64,000 nucleotides of DNA, from contig CM059432.1 in assembly GCA_030390025.1 (NCBI GenBank), positions 46,750,001 through 46,814,000 on the forward strand. Direction: 5' to 3'. The notes under the pieces were generated by a model. It made no database searches. It worked only from the letters and a program-made list of their open reading frames with translations, and was not told the DNA's origin. The number at the start of each line of letters is the position of its first letter. Positions within the stretch are counted from its first letter, which is position 1. Made by a program: the position numbers and the translations under genes. Positions 49,753-61,034 of the stretch are shown one piece after another. This stretch comes from Squalus acanthias (taxonomy: Eukaryota).

Positions 49753-50879
49753 ACTATCTCTTAACTTACTCAATTCCTTCTTCACATGCTCATCATCCAT
49801 TAATTGTCTAATCTTCTTGATATTAAGTCCCATATCCGTACTTCTAATTGAATAGTTAAACTCTCCTACAGTCTTATCCCAATGATACCATTGTGGAGCA
49901 GTCAGCGAGGAACCCTCACACAAAATAATACCGTACTGTACACACTAAATAATACATGCCATATAGTTTGACAATCAAGCATATCAATGGTTACATTATT
50001 ACACTTAGTTCTAAAACATTACAGCCCTGAAATTGCGGTCGGCGGCGTAGCTAAGGAGTACGCCACTGACCTCCGAAAGAAATCCGCACTTACTTGGTGC
50101 GAGGCCCCCTTCGAAAACTTGCGTTGTTTCGCTGCGGAGGTTTGCGCAGTGCAGTGGCCCACGGATCCCAGGGGCGCACCCTGTGCCTAAGCGTACCTGG
50201 GATCACGTGGGGCGGTGCGCCAATCAGGAAACAGAAATCTCTGATGCCCATTCATGATTTTTTAGTCTCACTCACCCCAGTTATATTAATATATAAATCA
50301 GTCTCTTACTCACCCCAGTTATATTAATAAATAAATCAGTCTCTTTCTTGGTAGTTTGTTTTCACCCTTTGCCTATTTGTCTCCGCGAGTTGTGTTGAGA
50401 TCAGTTGTAAAATTAGAAAGAGGAGATAATTAGGTGGATTTGATATTTATTTTTAAGTTTTTTTCATCATGACGGGTGTATATTTCAAGCTGCTGCATAT
50501 CCCCTCTCCCCTTACGCTGTGCAAACAGGCTCCTGCACCTGTTTGCACCAGCCGTAAAAATGTTCCTACGTAATTCCTGAGCAGCTGGTGGGCAATGAGG
50601 ATGTTTTGGATGATTTGGATCACTGATGTGTATGCATCATTCAAATTTAAACCATTTCCCTGCAGAGTTCTTTGTTAGCTTTGACTTTATATTCATAATT
50701 GAACCAAAGTCTGTGTATGTATTTGAAATTGTGTCTTAGTCCTCAAACATGTTACCATGGGAAAAATAACCACAAAATTTGCAAAATATCTAGTGATATA
50801 GTCTGGGACAATGCATTTTTCAACTCTGTGGGTAGTATAGTCTGAATTAAAGGGACAGCCATGAGATCAAAACAAGACA

Positions 50880-51310
50880 GAACTGCTTCATCTTTCCTGG
50901 ACTTCTGCATCTCCAAGATCAAGACCATCCATGCAGCTTTCTCCACTGCAGCTATCTACTCACCGGCCCCTATTACATCCCACCCATTCCAGTCCAGGAT
51001 TTCATCTCTTTGCAATTTCTGTCCCTACCCCACCCTCTAGAAAAACATCTTGCCCATGAGAACCACCTCTCGCAATCCCCTTCCCACTCAAGTCTTGACC
51101 ATCCAACTCCACTTCATGGCCCCCCACGCTGGCTAACATTATCAATGTCCCCCTATCCTTAGGCATAGTACCTCTCCTCTTCAAGTCTTCTGTTAAAAAC
51201 CAGCCATCATCAATCCATCCGTCATCTCCAACTACTATCCCATCTCTGATACCCCTTTCATCTCAAAGGACAATGAACCTGTAATCGCCTCCCAGCTCTG
51301 GGCCCATCTC
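50880..51310 (+). mobile_element. Old L2-like RT fragment
   Basis: Degraded APTLANIIN..L..GIVP..FK..V and NY.PIS..PFISK peptides. Confidence 0.55.
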
Positions 51311-51319
51311 TCCTGACCT

Positions 51320-52315
51320 AGGAACAGGAGAAGGCCATTCACCCCCTTGAGCCAATTCCGCTATTCAATTACGTCATGACTGATCTGTACCTCAACCCTA
51401 CTTTCCTGTCTTTGGCCCATATCCCTTGATACCCTTACCTAATAAAAATCTATTGCCCTCAGTCTTGAAAGTTTCAACTGACCCAGCATCCATAGCCTTT
51501 AGGGAGAAGAGTTCCAGATTTATACCATCCTTTGCATGACGAAGTTCTTCCTGATTTCACTCCTGAATGGCCTGGCTCTGATTTTAAGATTGTGACCCCT
51601 TGTTCTGAATTTCCCTACCAGAGGAAATAGTTTCTCTTTATCTACCGTATCGAATCCTTTTATAATTTTGAACATCTCAATTAGATCACCCTTCAATCTT
51701 CTGTACGCGAGGAAATATAAGCCACGTTTATACAAACTGTCCGCATAATTTAGCCCTTTAACTCCCTGTATCATTCTGGTGAATCCGCGCTGCACCCCCT
51801 CCAAGGCCAATATATCCTTCCTGAGATGCGGTGCCCAGAACTGGACTCAGTACTCCAGATGAGGTCTGACCAAGGCTCCATACAACTGAAGCATAACTTG
51901 AGATAAAGGCCAACATTCCATTAGCCTTTTTGATTGCATTTTGTACCTGTGCTCTAGCTTTTAGTGATTTGTGTACATGGACACCCAAATGTCTTTTCTC
52001 CTCCAAAGCTCCTAGTCTCTCACCATTAAGAAGATATTCTGATTTGTCTTCTTTGGATCCAAAATGGATGACTTCACACTTCCCCAACATTAAACTCCAA
52101 TTGCCATAGTTTTTCCCACTACTTAGTCTGTTGATGTCCCTTTGTAACTTCCTGCGCCCATCTACACAGCTTACTGTGCCTCCCAACGTAGTGTCATCTG
52201 CAATCTTGGATATACAACTCTCTATTCCTTCATCCATATCATTGATAAATATGGTGAAAAGTTGAGACCCCAGTACAGATCCTTGAGGAACACCACTTGT
52301 CACATCCCGCCAATT
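51320..52315 (-). mobile_element. CR1 3' portion
   Basis: ORFs 51758-52324 and 51520-51810 with CR1 RT and C-terminal motifs. Confidence 0.85.
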
Positions 52316-52331
52316 ATAGTACATACCCTTT

Positions 52332-53064
52332 GGGCTGGATTTTCAATGACCCGTGGAGTCGGGTTTGGAGGCGTGTGGGGGGTTAAAGTTGCAGATTCGG
52401 GGGTCCCGACCCCATCCCAACTCCATTCCGCCTCCACGCAATTTTGACAAAATCGGTCGCAGGGTTCCCGACTCCATCCCGCCTCCAAGAGGCGGGAGAG
52501 GCCATTAAAGCCCTTAACAAGCCCTAAATTGGCTCTGTAATGCCATTTTGAAACGCTTTAGCTAGTTTAACCCTTTTCCGACGTGAAGTACGCCTGATGT
52601 GAAACACGCCAGTGAAACCTGGCGGGAGCACAAGTGGATAGCTGACTATCAGCTGCAGGTCCACTATTACAACGGAGATGTGATGAAGGTAGTAGTAGTA
52701 TTAGATCTGAAAGTCGCCTCTGATGCTGCTGCATTGAATATCTTCAGAGACTGCCTGGGAGGACTTGGTTGCAAAAAAAATTCTCTCTCTCTCTCTCTCT
52801 CTCTGAGATGCTGCTGCTCATTTTACATCTAGGTCCTCTCACAGCAAAGGCCAGGCAATCAGTCTCTGACCTGCAATGATGACATCATCAGAGGTGACTT
52901 TCAGACTGAAACCACTAATTCGTTCATGGGTTCCCACATGTTGGAACTCAATTACCCAATTAAGTGAAAATTGCATCATTCATCCACATTAATCTGGAGT
53001 CGGGGGGGCAACACGAAATGCGGGTAACACAACCCCAACCCGACCCCAAGACAAAATCCAGCCC
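52332..53064. mobile_element. Harbinger-type MITE (family H, copy 2)
   Basis: TIR GGGCTGGATTTT; flanks TTT / TTA. Confidence 0.82.
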
Positions 53065-54347
53065 TTAATCTCTGTCTCCCACCTCCCAACTAATTTCCTA
53101 TTCAAATCCCTCCAGTCTTGCTGGTACACTTTTCACATCACTGAAAGCACTCTAATTAATGCAGCACATTAACTTTAAACTTATCTTTTTTGGTGCTTTT
53201 TCACTGTATTGCCTGTTAAAACTGGGCAGTGTATTCAACTCACCCTCTGCCCAATTGTTCATCAAAATTGCAATCATGGTCCTACATACACCATAAGAAC
53301 TTAACTTGCATATTTAAAAAGCCTAATGGCTGAAACAGACAGGCACTCTGGCCACCCAGCAGAAAGCCCCTTCAAGGATGGCGACTGCCAAAGCGCCAGT
53401 GTAAACGGGGTGAGTAAGCCACTTTCGGGCCACTACTGCCCATTTATGCCAGGTGGCTCAAGTTAAAACTAACCCACAGTACTATGTAACTGTAACTTGT
53501 GAGCAAAAACTGAAACAATTAAATCACTCAAAAAGACGTCAAAATCCTTTCGGGTGCAACAAACCAGAAGTCAGTAATGATGGGAAGTGACAAAAATATA
53601 TCAATCAAAAAAAACTATAAGTCAAGTCACTGAAAATATTTTTCCAAAAACTCTCTGTCCATCGTTTTTCTTTTTCCACAAATTCACTTTTTCTTCCTTA
53701 GTATGTTTATTTACAGACTGGACTAATCCATTAGTCCTATCTATATGGCAGATTCATGATTTTTCGTTGTACGTGAATGTTAAAATTCTGATATATTCGC
53801 AGTATATCCTTGTGAGTGTTGGAAAGAATGCCAATCAACACTTCTACGATGAAAGCTGCTTAGTGATAGACCTGCCATATGGACCAGAGAAGCCTGCTTC
53901 CAGCTGTAAATCTTATCACAGTCATTTCCCCAGCAGACTTCCAGTTATTTCTTCTTATAGTTAGGAGAAAAAAAGAAATGCATTATGTTGTACACACTTT
54001 ATCTTGGGAATACATTTTATCAAAAGTACTGCCCTCAAAGGAGTTGTCCCTAAATTGTGCCCATAAATATTTAAGTGAACCACATTCCTCTTGGAGGAGA
54101 AATTATGAAATTGCTTTTGGCCAAATTGGATATTGTCCTCTCAATTTTTGAGTCAGTGTCCAAAAGGAGTATATTTGGTCAGCTATTATTATGGGAGATT
54201 GGTATTTGTCTTACGTTAGAAGATGTTTTGTGCCAGGCAATTAAATGATACTGTCTCTTCAAATAATAATCAATGATTTGATTACTTGATTAGCATTTGC
54301 CTCAAGTAAATCTATCCAATGAAACACATTTAAATAAAGACACTAAC

Positions 54348-54480
54348 CATAATTTTTTGGAAACTTCTTCCACTTAATTAACTTCACCAGTTTATTGAGA
54401 GACAGTATTGGCCATTGCTGATAAAAGGGACAGGCTTGGATCAGCTCTTCCTTCTCTGCGTGGTTACGCAGCATTATATC
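54348..54480 (-). CDS. CNBD1: CNBD1-like coding exon B
   Basis: Acceptor cttttgtattgaAG, donor GTTAGT, 133 nt, phase 0-1. Peptide DIMLRNHAEKEELIQACPFYQQWPILSLNKLVKLIKWKKFPKNY; WP.LS...L..L.KWKKFP matches my recall of CNBD1. Confidence 0.85.
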
Positions 54481-54606
54481 CTTCAATACAAAAGAAGAGC
54501 ATTTTTGTGACTGCTTGTTAGCTCTCTTGTTCAGATGGTTAAAACAGTGAAAAAAGAGGAATTCAGGATTCCAACAATTGTCAGTAGAGTTAAACAAAGT
54601 ACTCAC

Positions 54607-54744
54607 CTTTTTTACATGTTCATATTGTCCGGTGGAAATTTTGAGAATTTCACAGTTAGCTTCTGCGAACACCGATAGAACCCTGCTTTTTAATTTCTGA
54701 TTTGGAATTGGTACCAAGCCACCAAAGCTGTCTCCAAAAGTCAA
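54607..54744 (-). CDS. CNBD1: CNBD1-like coding exon A (end of a cNMP-binding domain)
   Basis: Acceptor tttttgtctccAG, donor GTGAGT, 138 nt, phase 0-0. Peptide LTFGDSFGGLVPIPNQKLKSRVLSVFAEANCEILKISTGQYEHVKK has cNMP-domain-like GDSFG and CEILKI motifs. Confidence 0.85.
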
Positions 54745-56580
54745 CTGGAGACAAAAAATAAGAATGACCTTCTGAAGAGTATTCATTCAAACCTGAATAG
54801 AGGCATTTAGTCTTCACTATGTAACTATTTCATTTTAACAGTCATTCATGTTTACATATTCGTGTGCAAATAAAAAAAATGCTAGTTTATCCATCTTGTT
54901 ATTCCTGAGGAGACAACACATAATTTAAAGATCGTGTCCCCGAAATCCCTAGGGCTGAAGTTGGCGCAAGTCTCATTTAAGCCTGGGGTAGTCGTGGATA
55001 ATGTGCCATATCTTAACTGTCAGTTTTCCGCCACTTTTGGACTAGATCTTTCAAATTTCAGTTAGGTGGACGGTTATTAAATTCACGTGCCCCTGCCCCT
55101 GCTCTCCCATTGTCAGGGGTTATGTCAGGGGGAGTTCCTGGGTTTCCACAGAAATTCCTCCCTTCATGCCCTTGAAGGATCTCAATGGAACTCATGCCAG
55201 TTGAGACCTGATGTGAGATCCTTTGTGGCCTTTTGAAAGGCGCAAAACCTTTAACAGAATAAGATAACTGATTCCAGAGAGGATCGATTCCCTTCTCGAG
55301 TTGGAGTGGCTCCAGTGGGAACAAAAGGGTTTAATTTTTTTTTCTTCAGCCCATTTGGGCCTTGTGGACTTTGCTTGACCTGAGAATAGCAGATTGGCTC
55401 AGGCAGGAGCGGCTGCTGCTAATGTACCCTTGCAGGTGCCGACAAGCCACCCCAGCTATGCAAATTATCCCATCCCCAGGATTTGGGATGGGGTCTCTAG
55501 TTTTGGGCGAGGGCAGGGGTGGGGGGTGGATTCCACTCCATCAGACTTACTCCAGTAGAGTAGGGCCTCAGAATTTCCAGGCCAATAATGTTAATAGTTA
55601 CAGAAAATTCAGCAAGACTCACTGACCAAGAATTACAAAAAGTGTAACATCTGCAGAATCGCTAATTCCCCAAACATGCATTTTTATTTCAAGTTGATTT
55701 TCTTCCCTAATTAAGAGAGTTGAGTGACACAGTTCATAGTTCTCTACCTGTTCTATCCTTGGGCCAGTCACAAAGGTTGTTATAAGAATAATGACTTTTG
55801 TTGAAAAAGTGCACCGGGAATTTTCACAAGGGCTCATCTGATCTCCTGCCGTAACATTAGCAGAACATTGGCAGAAATCCTGGAGAAACAGTGTAAATAG
55901 ACGTTCATGCCATTTCTCCGGGGTTTCTGCTGATCCTCCGACGAAGTTACGATGGCAGAGCAGGGAAATTCTACTCCATGTTATTCAAATACGAGTGGTA
56001 AATTCCCAAAGGTGTCATTCATTAGCTTCTCCTAAGCTATGCAGATCAGGAAGATCCCAGACCTTATTTCTACTGTATGTTGCATTAGCTGATCTCAGCT
56101 GGGATAGGTGTAGGGGCAATACAATTGGCCTCAGCGTTTCTAGGTAGGGACAGGTGTTACAGGTTTAGGGTCTGACTTTGATATTTTCTCGGTACAGTAG
56201 TGCTGGTGTGGTCTAAACATTTTGGGGTAGAAATTAGGTCGCGCCCCATTTGGGGCGCAAATATCGTCCGGACGCAAATATTAGCGCCTGCCGCTAATTA
56301 TCGGCACTGACAGGAAACTTCACTTTTACCGCCCCGGGAGGTGAGTGGAGCGCTAAATTAGGCGCTGCACACCTCTCTTAAGGCGCAAAGGCCAAGGAGT
56401 GAGGCGCTAACTCAGCGCATGAGCGCAGCGCAGCTGCTGCCAGTTAGCGAGGGAACACAGACACAATGGCGCCGGACACTTCTTAAAGCGGGGGGGGCCA
56501 CTTGCTCCCCAGCCACACCCTGCTCATTGCAGCCTTGAATCTCAGCCTGGAGAGACCTGTAATCCATTTTGCTGCCAAGC

Positions 56581-58403
56581 ATGGAGAGGGTGAGAGAACG
56601 CGCTCATCGCTTCACCGAGCGGGCCTTGGATGCTCTGGTTGGCGCAGTGGAGCGCAGACGATGCATGCTGTTCCCGGAGAGTGGCAGGAGGCCTTTGCCA
56701 CGCGAGTTCAGAAGAGTGTGGAGGGAGGTGGCTCAGAGCGTCTCCTCCAGGAGCATGGTGCCCAGGACCCATGTTCAATGCCACAAAAAGTTCAACGACC
56801 TCACTCGGGTCGTCAGGGTGAGTGGCTTTTTCTCAATACCTCTCCATCCCTCCATCTCAACCTCACTCTATGGCCAGAGGGTCTTAAAACCCCAATGCAC
56901 AACACTCATCCAACACCTATGGCCCTTTCATCAAACACACACACACATTCCACACTTTGCATACAGTAAGGGCTATTCACCTATGGGAGGCACATCAGGT
57001 AAGACCATGGCTGTATATTGTAAGGGCTATTCACCTATGGGAGGCACATCAGGCAAGACCTTGGCTGTATATTTACTCAGATGCTGTCCTTTTTCTTGCA
57101 GGCTAAGCTGGCTCATAATCGGAGACAGCAGCAACGGACGGGTGGAGGGCGGCTTCAGCTGCAACCCCTCAGCGATCTGGAGGAGCGCGTCCACAGGATT
57201 GTGGCAAGCCGGGTGATCGGTCCCGTCGCCACTGGAGACGCCGACCCCGTTGTGGACAGCAATGGTAAGGTCATCACCTTTTTGTCCTCTGTCCTTCCAC
57301 TTGTCCCTCACAATACCAGCCTTTGACACTTTCAATCCAACTTGCTAACTCGCTGCACTTATTCCTCCCTTACTGCCACCCTGTCCTCACGCTAAAGCCA
57401 CTCTTGTACCTCCCTGCTTTCAGATGGTGATTCACCAGCTGAGGAGACGGGCCCTGAAGCTGCCACTGGGAGTGATGCTGCAGCTGAGGAGGAAGAGGAA
57501 GCCGGAGCATCAGTGCCACCCTCTCCCGAGGAAGCCCATGCCCACACTGGGAACACGCCTTCCCCGGAGGGGAGCAGGGGGGAAGGGGCTGATGATGGTG
57601 AAGCTCCAGGACCCAGCGGGCTGCAGCAACGCCATGGGGGGGGGAGGGAAGAACGGGGGCCTTCTCCCCAGAGGGAGAGTATGCCAGACACTCCTACTGC
57701 AATGGACGCAGAGGAGGAGCGGCTGATTGCAGAAATGAACAGCCAGGCGGTGGGCATGCACACTGAGCTCATGGGTGCAGTGGGAAGGGTGCCCGAATGC
57801 ATTGAGTCACTGGCAAGGAGTGTGGAGCACTTCGCTGTAGCACAGGCGGATGCCACACTAAAGCTTAGTGCTGCAATTCAGTCACTGGCTGCCAGGAACC
57901 CATCTGAGACTGCTCTCATGCAGACTCAGATTGAGGCCACGCGAGCACTGACTGCTGCCATCCTCGATGGTTCGTGCACATGTCCCCAGGGCTGTCACCG
58001 CGCCGCAGCAGGCCAGCAATCTGTTCTCCGGCAAATTGCTCCGGATGCTGAAGTGCTGCCCCGTGGGAGTGCCAGTGTGTCGGGCGAGCAGGGAGTTGCT
58101 GTCCTCTCTCACGATGACAGCATTCCTGCTGCCAACACTGTCACTTCTCCACTGCACTTGCCACCGCCTGTAGGACAGACTGCTGCCGCCCATGCAGAGT
58201 TGTTGCAGTCTGCAGCCGGGCCCTCCAGGCCCAGAAGTGGTCGAGGCCGTCCTTCAGGGGCATCTGCAGTGTCAGGGTCTGACGAGCAGCAGCCTTCCAC
58301 CAGCCTTGCTGCAGCCACTGAGGTCCCATTACGGAGGAGCAGTAGGGTTAGAAGGGGGGAAGTGCGCAAGGGAAGGAGATCACCCTCGAAGGGCAAAAAG
58401 TAG
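56581..58403 (+). CDS. Harbinger Myb/SANT-like DNA-binding protein, 3 exons (56581-56817, 57102-57264, 57424-58403), 459 aa
   Basis: MERVRERAHRFTERALDALV..W.EVA..V....RT.VQCHKKFNDL; canonical GT/AG introns (phases 0 and 1); 1380 nt with no internal stop; basic C-terminus. Confidence 0.88.
56966..57073 (+). repeat. 2 x 54-bp tandem duplication in Myb intron 1
   Basis: GTAAGGGCTATTCACCTATGGGAGGCACATCAGG at 56966 and 57020. Confidence 0.9.
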
Positions 58404-58697
58404 GAGGTGTGCCAAAATGCTGGTCATTTTTTTATTAAAGGCCGAGGTTCATGGTCCAACTTTTGTTTAGTGTTTTGGACATTATCTCCAGGTTGTGAGA
58501 ACCAGTTATGTTATTGACTGTTTTTTTGTGTTTATTTCTATGAGTTTGTCATGAGGAATTGACACACACAGAGTTTGTAAAATAAATAAGTTTCTGTATT
58601 CAAAATATACATGGCTGGTGGTTGGAATTATTGGTGCCTTGGCCGGCTTAGGGGTTGCGTGCTGGGTTGATTAGTGTTTGTAGCAATGGCAGGGGCC

Positions 58698-59858
58698 CTA
58701 GAAGCGGCTTGCTATTAGTCGTTGACGGACGGCCCTTGCAGTTTGACCATTGTGGGCCGCCCTCCTGCCTTGGTGCTGCTGATGATCATCGTCCTCGTCC
58801 TCTTCCTCCTCTTCCTCCTCCTCCTCTGGTGGTGCTACAAGGCCTGGTGGCATTGGCTGGGTCCTGAGGATTGCCATGTTGTGCAACATGCAGCACACGA
58901 CTACGAAGTTCGAAACTTGCTCAGGCGAGTACTGCAGGGCTCCTCCGGAATGGTCCAGACAGCGGAACCGTTGTTTCAGCACGCCGATTGTGCGCTCAAT
59001 AATGTTCCTGGTTGCTTGATGGCTTTCATTGTACCGCAGCTCAGCAGGGGTGTTTGGCGTACGGAGCGGTGTCATCAGCCAGGTGCTCAATGCGTACCCC
59101 TTGTCCCCCAGAAGCCAACCAACTGGCTGATGCGGTGCCTCGAAAACTTCTGCCACAGTAGTCTGGCGCAGGATGAAAGCATCGTGGCAGCTGCCCGGAT
59201 AGTGGGCATTGACAGCGAGTATCACCTGTCTGTGGTCACACACCAACTGCACATTCAAGGAATGGAACCCCTTTCTGTTCCTGAATTCCTCTGCATTCTC
59301 TCGCGGAGCACGCAAAGCCACATGCGTGCAGTCAATGGCGCCCTGCACCATGGGGAAGCCCGCTACCCTCGCAAAGCCCAGAGCACGGTCACGCTGCTTG
59401 TCTGGGGTCATAGGGAAAGAGATGAAGTCTCGTCTCCTTCTGAAGAGGGCATTGGTGACCTGCCGGATGCAGCGATGCACCGCAAACTGGGAGATATTGG
59501 CGAGGTCCCCAACAGCAGCTTGGAATGAGCCAGTGGCGTAGAAGTTCAAAGCCACTGTGACCTTCACTGCCACCGACAGAGACGTCCTGGACCTCAGCTG
59601 AGGCTGCAGATCTGGCTGCAGCAGGTGGCAGAGCTCAGTGACCACCTCCTTGCTGAATCGCAGCCTTCGCAAACACAGCTCCTCGGACATATGGATGTAG
59701 GAGAGCTGTTCACGATATACCCTGGGAGGGTAAGCTCTCCTGTACATGCGCCTGATGGCCCTCCTCCGTCTGGCCATCATTGCCACTCTCTGTCTGCGTC
59801 TCACTATCCTCCGATTCAGCTGGAGCAGGACGACGCCCCCAATCATTGCAGCCCCCAT
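58698..59858 (-). CDS. Harbinger (HARBI1-like) DDE transposase, ~386 aa
   Basis: Uninterrupted ORF with [59 protein letters not shown]. Confidence 0.93.
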   Translation of the reverse strand: MGAAMIGGVVLLQLNRRIVRRRQRVAMMARRRRAIRRMYRRAYPPRVYREQLSYIHMSEELCLRRLRFSKEVVTELCHLLQPDLQPQLRSRTSLSVAVKVTVALNFYATGSFQAAVGDLANISQFAVHRCIRQVTNALFRRRRDFISFPMTPDKQRDRALGFARVAGFPMVQGAIDCTHVALRAPRENAEEFRNRKGFHSLNVQLVCDHRQVILAVNAHYPGSCHDAFILRQTTVAEVFEAPHQPVGWLLGDKGYALSTWLMTPLRTPNTPAELRYNESHQATRNIIERTIGVLKQRFRCLDHSGGALQYSPEQVSNFVVVCCMLHNMAILRTQPMPPGLVAPPEEEEEEEEEDEDDDHQQHQGRRAAHNGQTARAVRQRLIASRF

Positions 59859-61034
59859 ATTCTCTTTGCCAGAAAAGTAATGAGGTACAGCAACTAAAGT
59901 AGCAACAAAGTTAGGATGAATAGGCAAAACTACCTCACAAAGCGTTGAGTCAATGTAGAAGTCTCTCTCTCTCTCTCTCCGAATCTCTCTCTCTCTCTCA
60001 GAACGAGTGGTGCATAAATGTCGACCACAGAAAAAGACAGGAAGAGGCCCCCTTTAAATAGCGCCCCCCCCAGCCCCACACCGATTGATAACGTTCCAGT
60101 CTTCCGGTCGTTGGAAGCGCCAGGCGGTAAGGCAGGGGGCGCCACTCAATTTCCGCTCCGGGGCGCCCCAAGGGCGTTGCACCATGGAATGACGTCACAA
60201 TCTGCGCGCGCAGGTGGTCGCAGCGGTAAGTTTTAGCGCCGCCGCACAATCTCAAGTTAAGTTCTCGAGCGGCGCAAACAGCGCTGCGCCCGGGCGTTAG
60301 CGGCTTAACGCCCCATTAGCGCCCTCTTAGGGCGTTAACGGGAGGCGCAACCAAGTGAATTTTTACCCCTTTATGTTTAGGGGTGTGCCGCACTGCCCAA
60401 TATCTAACTTTATGATAGCGTAACCCAAGGGGGTAATAATAGGATCCTCTTCTGATCTGAACTGGATATCGCATCTTTTGCACATTCTCTTATGTGTGCT
60501 TCTCCAATCCTTTCAAACATAAATCGAAACTTGGTGAGACGAGGCCAGAGACTAATTGTTAAATTGTTAATAATTGCATTATTTTAAATGACAGAAAGTA
60601 AAAATACAGAGTAACAGTCAAAGCAAATTCCACTTCTCAGCTCAATGTCTTTGAAAACATAGAAAAAAAATAAACCACACACCCTGTCCCTTTCATGCTC
60701 CAACTTGTTTTTGGTGTTACCTTTCCTTCAAACTACATCTAACTACAAAAACTGATCTCCTGCATTTTTTAAGCTTCCAATTCTTGGCCTCAAGCTATGT
60801 GCTCTTACGTCTCTTGTTTAAAACCTAATTGCCCATGTGTTCCTTTGTCCCTTTGTATCCCCAGTGATGGGGAGGGTTGAGATGATGCCTTTGTTCTCCT
60901 ACCGATCTGCCAGTAGGCTACTATAACAACAACTTGCATTTATATAGTGCCTTTTAACATAGACAAAAACATACCAAGGCTCTTTACAGATGTAATTAGC
61001 ACTGAGCCAAATAAGGAGATATTAGGAGGGGTTA

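Larger units (their letters stand above)
56224..60369. mobile_element. Apparently intact autonomous Harbinger/PIF transposon
   Basis: TIR GGGGTAGAAATT / AATTTTTACCCC, TSD TTT, two convergent open genes. Confidence 0.93.

Noticed and set aside
50264..50342. ~38-bp tandem duplication (also a 20-bp one at 4324-4365)
   Set aside because: Ordinary local slippage duplications with no sign of function.
54343..54786. Single 147-aa ORF as one exon
   Set aside because: Good splice sites and domain-like sequence only on either side of 54481-54606 favour two exons.
58722..59528. 268-aa ORF antisense to the transposase, and similar antisense ORFs over CR1 and RTE
   Set aside because: No recognisable domain; expected shadow ORFs of GC-rich coding sequence.
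58698..59927. Host HARBI1 gene
   Set aside because: Lies within TIRs and a TSD with a partner Myb gene, and has related copies in the window; it is a transposon.
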